A stretch of 63,904 nt of DNA, the filler included, from Reclinomonas americana ATCC 50394 (lineage: Eukaryota): NCBI GenBank assembly GCA_048213135.1. It is 14 parts of 14 records of this genome, joined end to end, with 100 filler letters (N's around TTAATTAATTAA, not from the genome) between each part and the next. Parts side by side here need not be neighbours in the genome. Positions count along the whole stretch, not along the records: positions 16,550 to 35,041 come from AFZH01023297.1; positions 35,142 to 39,539 come from AFZH01023299.1; positions 39,640 to 40,703 come from AFZH01023302.1; positions 40,804 to 42,827 come from AFZH01023303.1; positions 42,928 to 47,100 come from AFZH01023305.1; 9 more parts are not named here. One strand, written 5' to 3'. Every line of letters starts with the position of its first letter. Position 1 is the first letter of the stretch. Positions 35,001 through 44,649 of the stretch are shown here, in pieces. Under the pieces are notes generated by a model. It was given only the letters and a program-made list of their open reading frames with translations, searched no databases and was not told the DNA's origin. Made by a program: the position numbers and the translations under genes.

Positions 35001-35041
<41 letters not shown>
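35001..35041 (+). repeat. (GA)n microsatellite at contig end
   Basis: gagagaga run up to the spacer. Confidence 0.95.
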
Positions 35042-35141
35042 NNNNNNNNNNNNNNNNNNNNNNNNNNNNNNNNNNNNNNNNNNNNTTAATTAATTAANNN
35101 NNNNNNNNNNNNNNNNNNNNNNNNNNNNNNNNNNNNNNNNN

Positions 35142-35400
35142 CGGTGGAATCAGCGCGCCAATGCGCTGTCCTCGCGGGCGACCCGACTTCGCTCGCTGCT
35201 CGACATCGCCGAGACGCTGAAGCGCGAGCCGCGCCATTACGGCGCGATGATGGGGCGTCGGCACGATCCTGCGCCAGCAGGGCGACGACAAGCGCGCCAT
35301 GGTCGCCTATCGGCGGGCGCTCGCGGTCTATCCGCAGCTCGACGCGGTGAAGGACGCGGTCGAATCGCTCAAGCTCGAGGTCGATGGCCGCGACGCCTGA
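35142..35400 (+). CDS. TPR protein, C-terminal fragment
   Basis: TLKREPRHYGAMMGVGTILRQQGDDKRAMVAYRRALAVYPQL...DGRDA*. Confidence 0.75.
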
Positions 35401-35409
35401 TATGCGGAA

Positions 35410-35518
35410 CGTCGTGCTCGGGCTTGACCCGAGCATCTCATGCCGGATGACGCTCCCCGCCGGCATCTTCTCATCCTGAGGTTCTCGGATCGGCGCTTCG
35501 CTGCGTCCGAGAATGACG
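35410..35518. repeat. REP/RIME-like palindromic element related to 495-587
   Basis: cgtcgtgctcgggcttgacccgagcatc...ttctcggatcggcgcttcgctgcgtccgagaatgacg; two hairpin arms. Confidence 0.7.
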
Positions 35519-35531
35519 CGTGATCGTGGTC

Positions 35532-35571
35532 TTGCCATTTGGCAGTATTTTATCTATATTCTGCCAAATGG
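35532..35571 (+). promoter_or_regulatory. TA operon promoter with inverted-repeat operator
   Basis: TTGCCA-17-TATATT overlapped by the perfect IR ccatttggcag (35535-45) / ctgccaaatgg (35561-71). Confidence 0.75.
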
Positions 35572-35581
35572 AGATAGCCCG

Positions 35582-35995
35582 ATGAGCCAGCTCTCGCCGG
35601 TTCCGACCTCGCCCGATGCCTTCTCGCCCGCTGCGATCACCGAGGCCGAGGCCGCCGCGATGTTCCGCGCGTCGGTGAACCTATTCCGGCTCTGGGGTTT
35701 GACGGATGAGGAGGCGGCCGTGCTGCTCGACCAGCCGGTGCGCAGCTATCGGCGCTGGAAGGCTGGCGAGATCGGCCGGATCGATCGCGATGCCAAGGCG
35801 CGGCTCTCCAATCTGATGGGCATCCACAAGGCGCTGCGCCTGATCTTCCGCGAGCCGCAGCGCGGCTATGCCTGGATCAAGGCGGCCAACGAGGCCTTCG
35901 CCGGCAAGTCGGCGCTGGAGGTCATGCTCGGCGGCGAGCTCACCGACCTGATGCGGGTGCGACGCTATCTCGACGCGGAGCGCGGGCTCTGGTGA
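35582..35995 (+). CDS. Xre/MbcA/ParS-type antitoxin
   Basis: WGLTDEEAAVLL HTH; WIKAANEAFAGKSALEVM..L..VRRYLDA; stop overlaps the toxin start. Confidence 0.9.
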   Translation: MSQLSPVPTSPDAFSPAAITEAEAAAMFRASVNLFRLWGLTDEEAAVLLDQPVRSYRRWKAGEIGRIDRDAKARLSNLMGIHKALRLIFREPQRGYAWIKAANEAFAGKSALEVMLGGELTDLMRVRRYLDAERGLW

Positions 35996-36702
35996 GCGCC
36001 GGGGATTTTCCGGTCGCGCAGGTCGCATGGCCCGGCGCGGTCCGCATCATCCGCAGTGCCTTCCCGCCGATCGATCTGTTCGAGGATATCGCCGACCCCG
36101 CCGACTGGCCGCTGCTGATCCTGGCGGAGATGAAGACCAATCCGCGGCTGATGGAAACGATCGGCAATCTCGATCTGGTGCCACCCTCCCGCCGCGTCTC
36201 CGGCCCGGGCGCGAGCTGGCTGATGGCGCCGTTCACCCATGTCAGCCGCGACCGGCCGAGCCGCTTCAGCGATGGCAGCTTCGGCGTGCTCTATGTCGCC
36301 GAGAGCTTCGAGACGGCCCTCTTCGAGACGATCCACCATCACGGTCGCTTCATGGCGCGTACTAGAGAAGCACCTGGCTGGACCTCGCAGTTCCGCGAGC
36401 TGGTCCTGTCGGTCGACGCCGACTTGCACGATCTGCGCGGCGAGCGGGCAGGGGAGAGCGCGTTATTGCGGCCGGACGATTACGCGGAAAGCCAGGCGCT
36501 CGGGGCGAGGCTCCAGGCGGCCAAGTCGGACGGGGTCGTCTATCCGAGCGTGCGCCGCGGGGGAGGGGAGTGCACCGGGCTGTTCTGGCCCGACCTCGCC
36601 AGTAATCCCGTCCAGGGCAGGCATCTCGACTATCACTGGAACGGCGAGCGGGTCGACCTCTATCGCGAGGCCGGGACGGGGAAGGTGTTCCGGATCGGGT
36701 AG
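35992..36702 (+). CDS. RES domain toxin (NAD+ phosphorylase family)
   Basis: SRFSDGSFGVLY (R), ALFETIHH (E), GVVYPSVR (S). Confidence 0.9.
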   Translation: MSAGDFPVAQVAWPGAVRIIRSAFPPIDLFEDIADPADWPLLILAEMKTNPRLMETIGNLDLVPPSRRVSGPGASWLMAPFTHVSRDRPSRFSDGSFGVLYVAESFETALFETIHHHGRFMARTREAPGWTSQFRELVLSVDADLHDLRGERAGESALLRPDDYAESQALGARLQAAKSDGVVYPSVRRGGGECTGLFWPDLASNPVQGRHLDYHWNGERVDLYREAGTGKVFRIG

Positions 36703-36841
36703 GCGAGGCTTGGTTGCGCGGGATGCGAAGCTTGCTGATGGGAGAGCGGTCTCGCGCTGCGAGCAGGCCTCCCCGGCGCCAGGCAATCTGGTCGGTCGAT
36801 GAGGTGCAGCCTATAGGGCCCGCATCCGACGGAGCATCGCC

Positions 36842-37642
36842 TTGCGTATCATGTGCCTGAATGGCTGGGGTGGGACCCTGCACGAGGAGGCGCGCAGCTA
36901 TCTTGCGCGGGAAGCGCCCGATGTCCTTTGCCTCCAGGAGGTCGTTCAAACGCCGGCGACAGCGAAGGAGTGGCTTGTCTATCGCGATGGCGACCATGTC
37001 CTGCCGCAGCGCGCCAACTTCTTTCGGGACGTGTCGGACGCTCTGCCGGAGCATGTCGCGATCTTCTGCCCGGCGGCTCAGGGCATTCTCTGGGACGGCG
37101 AGGATACCGTGCCCTCGCAATGGGGGCTCGCGACCTTCGTGCACCGCCGATTTCCGATCATCGGGCAGGTGCAAGGTTTCGTGCACAAGGGCTTTTCCCC
37201 GGATGGCTATGGCGAGCATCCGCGCTCGCGCAGCACTCATGTCGTCCGGATCCACGATTTCGATCGCGGCTGGCCGATCACCATCGCGCATATGCACGGG
37301 TTGAGAGACCTGAAGGGCAAGATCGACACGCCGGAGCGTCTCGAACAGGCCCATCGCTTCGTCGCGTTGATCGAAGCGGTGGCACAACCGGGCGACCGGC
37401 TTGTCGTCTGCGGCGACTTCAATGTCGAGCCCGGCAGCCGGACCTTCGAGATTCTGGCTGGCCTCAAGGTGAAGGACCTCGTCGTCGGCCGCGGCCATTC
37501 CGATACCCGGACGTCCCACTACAAGAAGTCTGGCCGCTATGCCGACTACATGCTGGTGAACGAGGCGGTCGAGGTTCTCGCTTTCACGGTCGTCGAACAG
37601 CCTGAGGTTTCGGACCACAGGCCGCTGCTGCTCGAGATCTAG
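36842..37642 (+). CDS. Endonuclease/exonuclease/phosphatase family protein
   Basis: CLN, DVLCLQEV, CGDFN, ADY, SDHRPL. Confidence 0.9.
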   Translation: MRIMCLNGWGGTLHEEARSYLAREAPDVLCLQEVVQTPATAKEWLVYRDGDHVLPQRANFFRDVSDALPEHVAIFCPAAQGILWDGEDTVPSQWGLATFVHRRFPIIGQVQGFVHKGFSPDGYGEHPRSRSTHVVRIHDFDRGWPITIAHMHGLRDLKGKIDTPERLEQAHRFVALIEAVAQPGDRLVVCGDFNVEPGSRTFEILAGLKVKDLVVGRGHSDTRTSHYKKSGRYADYMLVNEAVEVLAFTVVEQPEVSDHRPLLLEI

Positions 37643-37816
37643 GCTCAGGACCCCTTAATCTGGAGCAGCGCTACAAGGTCGAGAACCTCGTCGCCAAGCT
37701 CAAGGACCGGCAGCGCATCGCGACACGAGACGATCGATGCGCCCACGCATTCTTTTCAGCCATCTGCATCGCAGCAGCCGTAATCGTCTGGCTCTGATCA
37801 ATCAGTCCCCAGCCCA
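37640..37816 (+). mobile_element. Internally deleted IS5-family (IS427-like) element
   Basis: Ends TAGGCTCAGGACCCCTTAATC / GATCAATCAGTCCCCAGCCCA flank a transposase C-terminus QRYKVENLVAKLKDRQRIATRDDRCAHAFFSAICIAAAVIVWL*. Confidence 0.8.
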
Positions 37817-37826
37817 GATGCGCTGC

Positions 37827-38096
37827 CTACCGCCTGCAGGGAACCGCCGGACTTTGCCCGAATGCCGGCCATAGCCCGGTTTTCTTCGCGTCGGCATAGT
37901 AGCCGTCGCACATGGAAATCTGGCTTCCCGTCGAGCGGCTGACGCAGCGCTGGTGAATGGCGGCACAGGTGTACATCTGCTGTTGCTGCGCCTGCTGCTG
38001 TCCCCTTTGCTGCTGGCTGAGGGCAGGGGCGACGAGCAGGGTCAGCCCCGCCGCCGCCGTTCCGCAGATGATCGCCCGATGTGCCCGCTTATGCAT
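37827..38096 (-). CDS. Small secreted Cys-rich hypothetical protein
   Basis: Signal peptide, Gln-rich linker, four Cys in the mature part. Confidence 0.6.
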   Translation of the reverse strand: MHKRAHRAIICGTAAAGLTLLVAPALSQQQRGQQQAQQQQMYTCAAIHQRCVSRSTGSQISMCDGYYADAKKTGLWPAFGQSPAVPCRR

Positions 38097-38248
38097 GACG
38101 AGACCTCCCAGTGGCCCGCTCGAAAGCGTTACTCCGGACCGGCAGAGGACTCGTTCGTGGCGCGCCGGCGCGGTGACCGGGGGGATCGTTGCCGATCCTG
38201 ACTGTCTCCGAACCTCCCAGATGAGAGGTGACGGCAGGCCTATTCGAG

Positions 38249-39340
38249 TTATTTGGCCTTGGGGAGTGCGCTACCGGAGAGCAGGGCCACCAGCTCGGTC
38301 TGGCGGCTGACGCCGGTCTTGGCGAAGACGCCTTTCAGGTAGAAGCGCACAGTCTCGCGTGACAGTCCGAGCGCGGCGGCGATCTCGTCGGTCGAGCGGC
38401 CTTCCGACAGGCCGCGCGCGACCCTCGCCTCCGAAGCCGTCAGGTCGAAGAGGCCGGTGAGAAGCTCGGCCGTAGGCGATGTCGGACGGTCGAGCTGCGT
38501 GACGATCAGCAGGGCCTTCGCCCCGTTGAAGATATCCCTCGCGCCGCCGGGCAGCGGCAGGACATGGAGAACGCCGGCGGCCGTCTCGCCGGCTGGCGGC
38601 AGCGGGATCGAGTTCGTATTCTCGCGCCGTCCCAGAGCGGCCAGCGTGGTCGCCAGCAGCTGGCTGCTGGCTGGGTCGGCCAGGCCGAGCTTGCCATGAG
38701 CGAGGAAGACGATCTGCCGGGGCAGGGCCTGAATGGCCTGGTTCGCGGCCAGGACACGGTCTCCGGCGCCGAGCACCGCGGCCGGCATCCCGGCCTGGCC
38801 GAGGGCTTCGACGATCGCCTTTGCTCTTTCCAGGCCGAGCCTGGTCGAGAGGGCGGCGGCACGGGCGAGGTGCGGACGAATGGCATCGAGCCGCGCGAGT
38901 TCCTCGGCCGAGGCCGGTCCGTCGGCGAGGCGCCTTTCCAGATCGAACACCGCAAGGTCGCCATTGGGCATCGGCAGGACGGTGCCGGCCGCATAGCCAA
39001 GACCTTTGGGGAAAAAGAAGGTCGTGTACATAGCGCTCCGCTCCATTTCGGCGCGCCCGTACAATTGGTGATTTCCGAAGAAACCATGATGCTTGGCAGC
39101 GATGCCATGCTTCAATCTGATATTGTCGTCCTGAGCCTCGCGGTTCGCGAGAAAGTCTTCGAACAGGCCGTGCACGTCGTCAGAGCTGGTCCAATGCGTG
39201 ATCTGCCTCGCGGCGGTCGTGAACAGGATGCCGCCAAAGCAGCCCCCCAGCGCCGAAACGTCATGCAGGACTCCCGGCCATAATTCGGGAACGATCGCCG
39301 CTTCGTAAATGCGATCAATCAATGACTCCCGGTCCACCAT
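38249..39340 (-). CDS. LuxR-type HTH regulator with N-terminal sensor/PAS-like region
   Basis: LIDRIYEAA..PELW N-terminus; LTASEARVA..GRSTDEIAAALGLSRETVRFYLKGVFAKTGVSRQ. Confidence 0.9.
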   Translation of the reverse strand: MVDRESLIDRIYEAAIVPELWPGVLHDVSALGGCFGGILFTTAARQITHWTSSDDVHGLFEDFLANREAQDDNIRLKHGIAAKHHGFFGNHQLYGRAEMERSAMYTTFFFPKGLGYAAGTVLPMPNGDLAVFDLERRLADGPASAEELARLDAIRPHLARAAALSTRLGLERAKAIVEALGQAGMPAAVLGAGDRVLAANQAIQALPRQIVFLAHGKLGLADPASSQLLATTLAALGRRENTNSIPLPPAGETAAGVLHVLPLPGGARDIFNGAKALLIVTQLDRPTSPTAELLTGLFDLTASEARVARGLSEGRSTDEIAAALGLSRETVRFYLKGVFAKTGVSRQTELVALLSGSALPKAK

Positions 39341-39639
39341 CGCCTGTCGCCCGACCAGTAATAGTCTGAAACACTATTTTCTGCTTGGAACCCTGCCGAT
39401 TGTCCATTGCGGCACTCCGTTTTCTGCGGCGGGCTGCTTCCCCCTTCGGCCGGACACGTTCCCGCCTCGGCGGCTTGATTCGTGGCGGCGCGGATCGTTG
39501 CTGCTGCCATCTTGGCGACGCCGGCCATCGTGAGGATCANNNNNNNNNNNNNNNNNNNNNNNNNNNNNNNNNNNNNNNNNNNNTTAATTAATTAANNNNN
39601 NNNNNNNNNNNNNNNNNNNNNNNNNNNNNNNNNNNNNNN

Positions 39640-39812
39640 GCCCGCCCGGGCCTTATGTGCCCGGCAAGGTGCGGGTGCTGATCGATCTCATGCTCGAGCA
39701 GTTCGGCAACACGCCCTCCTGGGATCCCTGCCAGGCGGCCGTCCAGGAGAAGATCGCGGCCGGGGAACTGGCGCCGGAGGACTACCCCGCCGACGAGCAT
39801 CAAATGGCGTGA
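39640..39812 (+). CDS. LysR family regulator, C-terminal fragment
   Basis: PPGPYVPGKVRVLIDLMLEQFG..PSWD tail; stop TGA 39810-39812. Confidence 0.65.
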
Positions 39813-39890
39813 AGTCGGGCTTCACCCGAATTCGCGTGGCAACACCGTCGCGAGCAGCCAATGTCCCGCTGACGACAACGGGAGATCGCC

Positions 39891-40499
39891 ATGCTGCTGG
39901 TTGGAATGCTCGACAGTCCCTATGTGCGCCGCGCAGCCATCACCGGGACTTTGCTCGGTCTCGATTTCGAGCATCGCTCGGTCTCGGTGTTCCGGCACAT
40001 GCCGGAGTTCCGCAAGATCAACCCGCTGATCAAGGCGCCGACGCTCGTCGCCGATGACGGCACGGTGCTCAGCGAATCCCTGCTGATCATCCAGCATTTC
40101 GAGGATGTCGCCGGCCGCTCGCTGCGGCCGGCCGACAAGGCTGCGCGGGTCAGGGATCTCAGCCTGACCGGCATCGGCATCGTCGCCGCCGACAAGGCGG
40201 TCTCGGTCGAATACGAGCGCAAGCGGCCTGAAGAGAAGCGCTATGACAACTGGCAGGAGCGCATCTTGGCGCAGCTCCATACCGCGCTCGACCTGCTCGA
40301 TCAGGCGGCGGAGCGCGGCGAGATCGGCGCGGGACCCGAGCTCAGGCCGGGCGACATCGCCGCGGCGATCGCCTGGGGTTTCTGCCGCTTCGTCATTCCG
40401 GAGTTCGTCGACGCGGAGCGTTGGCCGGCGCTGGCGCGTCAGGCCGCAGCCTGCGAGGCGCTCGAGGTCTTCAAGGCGTGGCCGATCGACAAGGAATAG
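39891..40499 (+). CDS. Glutathione S-transferase family protein
   Basis: DSPYVRR, INPLIKAPTL, LSESLLI. Confidence 0.92.
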   Translation: MLLVGMLDSPYVRRAAITGTLLGLDFEHRSVSVFRHMPEFRKINPLIKAPTLVADDGTVLSESLLIIQHFEDVAGRSLRPADKAARVRDLSLTGIGIVAADKAVSVEYERKRPEEKRYDNWQERILAQLHTALDLLDQAAERGEIGAGPELRPGDIAAAIAWGFCRFVIPEFVDAERWPALARQAAACEALEVFKAWPIDKE

Positions 40500-40511
40500 G
40501 CGTGAAGCGGC

Positions 40512-40703
40512 TCAGTTCTGGACGAAGGTGGTCGGCAGCGCCTTGACGGCCGGGCCGCTGAAGCCGCTTGTGCCGACATCGCTGGGCTCGGCGGCAGAGA
40601 AGCCGAGCGAAGCGGCCGGGTTCGCACCGGCGACCCAGCCCTTGGCATGGGTTTCGGCACCGGCCTTCGCCTTGGCGGTCGCGACCGTGGCGCGGCGGGC
40701 GGT
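40512..40703 (-). CDS. C-terminal fragment of an unidentified gene
   Basis: Open Ala-rich frame ending KALPTTFVQN*, convergent on the GST gene. Confidence 0.5.
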   Translation of the reverse strand, partial: TARRATVATAKAKAGAETHAKGWVAGANPAASLGFSAAEPSDVGTSGFSGPAVKALPTTFVQN

Positions 40704-40803
40704 NNNNNNNNNNNNNNNNNNNNNNNNNNNNNNNNNNNNNNNNNNNNTTAATTAATTAANNNNNNNNNNNNNNNNNNNNNNNNNNNNNNNNNNNNNNNNN
40801 NNN

Positions 40804-41140
40804 CGACCGGCGGCATCTCCGGCTCGGGCAGGTCGAGCTCAAGCTCCGCCGCGCTGTTGTCCGGCCTGGTCGAGAGCGCGCCGGTGACCATCTCCCTGGT
40901 TTCGGCCGCATCGGCCGATTGCGGGCCGGCGGACGGGCGCAGGTCGAGCGTGACCTCCGCGGGAGCAGGGATGTCGAGCTCCTGCGGCTCGGCATCGCGT
41001 TTCACGATGACCAGAGCCGGTTGTTCGGGCAGCGGAATGCCAAGCTCGCTGGCGGTCTCCTGGGCAGCCGCCGGAGCGAGCAGGAGCGCGAGGCCAAGCG
41101 TGGTGGCTGAGACGGTTTCCGCCAGGCGGCGAAGGCGCAT
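40804..41140 (-). CDS. Exported protein, N-terminal fragment (possibly an L,D-transpeptidase, by rhizobial synteny)
   Basis: Signal peptide LGLALLLAPAAA followed by a Pro/Glu-rich linker; lies downstream of the TacA-like gene. Confidence 0.5.
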
Positions 41141-41289
41141 CGATAACTTCCCCGGTCCCTGGCCGATCCACGCCGATAACTGCGCGACTCGGCCTGCTTC
41201 GACAAGATGCCGCCCTGCAACAGCGGCCGATATTCGCCCTCTGCAACCCGTCCCCTGTGGGTCGCAGACGGTGTTTCGATTCGGTCCGA

Positions 41290-41990
41290 TCAGGCGGCGT
41301 CGACGCCGTCGGCGGCGTCCTCGCCCTCGATCAGCCCGTAATCCTTGAGCTTGCGGTAGAGCGTGGAGCGGCCGATGCCGAGCTTACGCGAGATCTCGGA
41401 CATGTGGCCGCGGTAATGGGCCAGCGCGAACTTGATGATCTCGCGCTCCAACTCGTCGAGCGTGCGCATGTCGGAGCCGGCGACGAGGTCGAGCGCATTG
41501 GGATCGCGGACCGGCACCTGGATGACGCGCGGCGGCGCTTCGCCACGCGGCTCGCTGGCGATCGAGGCCGGCGCCGGCGGGATGCGGACGTCGAAGCCGT
41601 CCATCTGTGCGGCGATCTGCGGGAATTCAGCGATGGTGAGCTCGTCGCCGTCCGAGAGCACGACGGCGCGGAACATCGCGTTCTCGAGCTGGCGGACATT
41701 GCCGGGCCAGTCATAGTCGGCGAGCAGGGTCAGCGCCTCGGCGCTGATGCCTCTGAGCTTGCGGCCTTCTTCGGCGGCGAAGCGGGCGAGAAAGCCGCGG
41801 GCGAGATCGGCGACGTCCTCGCGGCGCCGGCGCAAGGGCGGCAGCGTGATCGGGAAGACGTTGAGCCGGTAGTAGAGGTCCTCGCGGAACTCGCCGCGCT
41901 TGACCTGCTCCAGCAGGCTCTTGTTGGTCGCCGAGATGATGCGGATGTCGACGCGCACCGACTTCTTGCCGCCGACCGGATCGACCTCGC

Positions 41991-42022
<32 letters not shown>

Positions 42023-42780
42023 GCATCGAGCGGCAGTTCGCCGACCTCGTCGAGGAAGAGCGTGCCGCCATTGGCCTCGACGAACTTGCCGATATGGCGT
42101 TCGGTCGCGCCGGTGAACGAGCCCTTTTCGTGCCCGAACAGGATGGATTCGACGAGGTTGTGCGGGATCGCTCCGCAATTGACCGTGACGAAGGGCTTGC
42201 CCCTGCGGTCGCTGGAGCCCTGGATGGCGCGAGCCAGCACCTCCTTGCCGACGCCGGATTCGCCCTCGATCAGGATCGGGATGTTGGAACGGGCGGCGCG
42301 CTCGGCGAGCTGGACGACGCGGCCCATGTCCTGGCTCTTGCTAGCGAGATCGCGGAAACCGAGCTGGCCCGAGGCCCGCCGCTTCATGTAGCGGATCTCG
42401 TGCTCGAGGGCGCCGAGCTTGAGCGCGTTCTTGAGCGAGACCTGCAGGCGCTCGGCCCCGGCAGGCTTGACCACGAAATCGCTGGCGCCGGCGCGCATTG
42501 CCGCGACGACCGTCTCGATCGAGCCGTTGGCGGTCTGCACGATCACCGGCACCTCATTGCCACGCTCGCGCAGCGCGGCAAGCACGCCCATGCCATCGAG
42601 GCCGGGCATGACGAGGTCGAGGATCAGGCAGTCGATGCGCCGCGATTCGTCGGCCAGCACCGCCAGCGCCTGCTCGCCGCCTTCCGCCAGCGCGACCTCG
42701 TAGCCGAAGCGCTTGAGCATCGCATCGAGCAGCCGGCGCTGCACCGGATCGTCGTCGACGACGAGGATTGTTGCGGACAT
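41290..42780 (-). CDS. tacA: Sigma54-dependent response regulator (receiver-AAA+-Fis HTH), TacA-like
   Basis: VVDDD receiver, GESGVGKE, FGHEKGSFTGA, WPGNVRQLEN, LGIGRSTLYRK; orthology to TacA is inferred. Confidence 0.75.
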
Positions 42781-42927
42781 GAAACCTCGGCAGGCCAAGC
42801 TATTAGCCGGAATCGGCTGTTCCGTTTNNNNNNNNNNNNNNNNNNNNNNNNNNNNNNNNNNNNNNNNNNNNTTAATTAATTAANNNNNNNNNNNNNNNNN
42901 NNNNNNNNNNNNNNNNNNNNNNNNNNN

Positions 42928-44350
42928 GGCGCTCGCGCTCAAGGCGCGTCGTACCGGCGACGCGGTCACGGAAACGTCGCGTGCCGCGCCGATCGAAGAG
43001 GCGCCGAGCGCGCCGCTCTCGCTGGCGCAGGCTTCGCTCTGGAAGGCTTATGCCGCCTTCGGCTTCAACGAGATCTTCAACCTGCCCTTCGCGCTCGATT
43101 TCCTCGAACCGGTCGACGAAGCCCTGTACGGGCGCGCCTTCACCGATGTGCTCGAACGTCATTCAGGCCTGCGCAGCCTGTTCCGGCGCGAGGGCGAGAG
43201 GATCGTCCAGCAGGTCGTGCCGGCGGCCGAGCTGCCGCACTACAAATGGTTCTGGACCAGCGCCGAGAGCGTGGGCGTCGATCGCCGCGACGAGGCGCTG
43301 CACCATTTCGACCTCGCCAGCGAACTGCCGTTCCGCCTGCGCTTCCTGATCGATCCGGCGACGGGCCGGCAGGTGCTCTCCTTCCTGTTCCATCACGTCG
43401 TGCTTGACGAGTGGTCGGTCAACCTGATGATGGACGAGATCGCCTATTGCTACCGCATGCGCGCGGCCGGCGGCATGCCTGTCTGGTCGGATGCACCGGC
43501 GCCTTTCCATGAATTCGCCCGGCTTCAGGATGCTGTTGGCGTCGACCAGGCGCATCTCGGCTACTGGACGGATATGCTGCGCGGGGCGCCACAGCCCCAG
43601 CCGATCCTCCAGCGTCAGGAGCGGGCTGAGCCTGCCCGGGAAGAGGCGTCCGCCGCAGGCGGCTGGGTCGAGTTCAAGCTCGACCGGAAGGCGACGGAAG
43701 GGCTCTACGCCCTCGCCAAAAAGAGCAGCGCTTCGCTGTTCAACGTGGTCTATGCCGGTATCGCCGCTTCGCTGCGCCAGCTCGGCTCTCTGCCGGAGCT
43801 GGTGGTCGGCACCTCGGCCTCCGGCCGCAGCGACGCTGCATTCTTCGACACGGTCGGCTACTTCACCACCGTCGTCGCCCATCGCATCCGCTTCGACGAG
43901 ACGATGAGCCTTGGCGGGCTGGTCGGCCAGGTCAGGAACCTGGTCAACGACTCGCTGCCAGCGAGCGAGATCCCGATCGACTTGGTCGAGGAGGCGCTCG
44001 GCATGACGCCGGGCCGCGACCATCTCTTCGAGGTCTTCATCCAGATCCACGCCAAGAACAAGCTGAACGGCGAGCTGGCGCTGCCGGACGGGCGCAGCAT
44101 CGCGTTTCGGCAGGTCGACCCCGAGCGGCACGAATCCATGCTCGGCCTGCATTTCGAGGTGATGGAGGAGGCCGATCTTGCCGGTGAGCGCTCGATCCGC
44201 GTGCTGATGAGCTATCGCTCCGAGCATTACGGGCCGCAGGAGGTCGAGAAGATCACGACGACGACCAGCGCGGTCTTCGCGCTGATGGGCCGGGCTGGCG
44301 GGGCGCAGGTGACGCTGGCCGAGCTGGGTGCCCATCTACTGGAGGGGTGA
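42928..44350 (+). CDS. NRPS condensation-domain protein, C-terminal part (5' truncated)
   Basis: PLSLAQASLW, RHSGLRSLF, FHHVVLDEWS, VGYFTTVV. Confidence 0.85.
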
Positions 44351-44385
44351 GCGCCACCGCTGCTCACCAAGCTACCCAAGCAACT

Positions 44386-44605
44386 GATGAAGAGCGCGGG
44401 GAACCCTTCTCCCGCATCGAAGTCGGATTTATCCGACTTCGACACTTTGAGTGCCGATCTCGGGTAGACCCGGGATCGGTGGAGAAGGGCAGGGATGAGA
44501 ACCTGCCCTATCCATAGAAGGCGCTGCGCTGCCGTCTCACTTTAATAATCAGCGGCGGTCCCTCACCCCTGCCCCTCTCCCATCCGGGATAGGGGTTCCC
44601 CGCGC
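44386..44605. repeat. Composite REP/MITE-like element with a second double-hairpin element nested at about 44416-44480
   Basis: Arms gcgcggggaacccttctccc..ggagaagggcagggatga / cctcacccctgcccctctccc..ggggttccccgcgc; uninterrupted sister copy at 63792. Confidence 0.85.
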
Positions 44606-44649
44606 CTCCGTCTCGCGCACGCCTATTGGAAAAACCGTTGCGCGCTGGC

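Noticed and set aside
6096..35041. Eukaryote-to-bacterium horizontal transfer
   Set aside because: Both borders are artificial spacers and the introns are intact; mixed assembly is simpler
6096..35041. Alternative genetic code or RNA editing to explain the fragmented ORFs
   Set aside because: Short spliceosomal introns restore the frames under the standard code
41141..41290. Sigma54 -24/-12 promoter downstream of the activator
   Set aside because: No GG-N10-GC with correct spacing found
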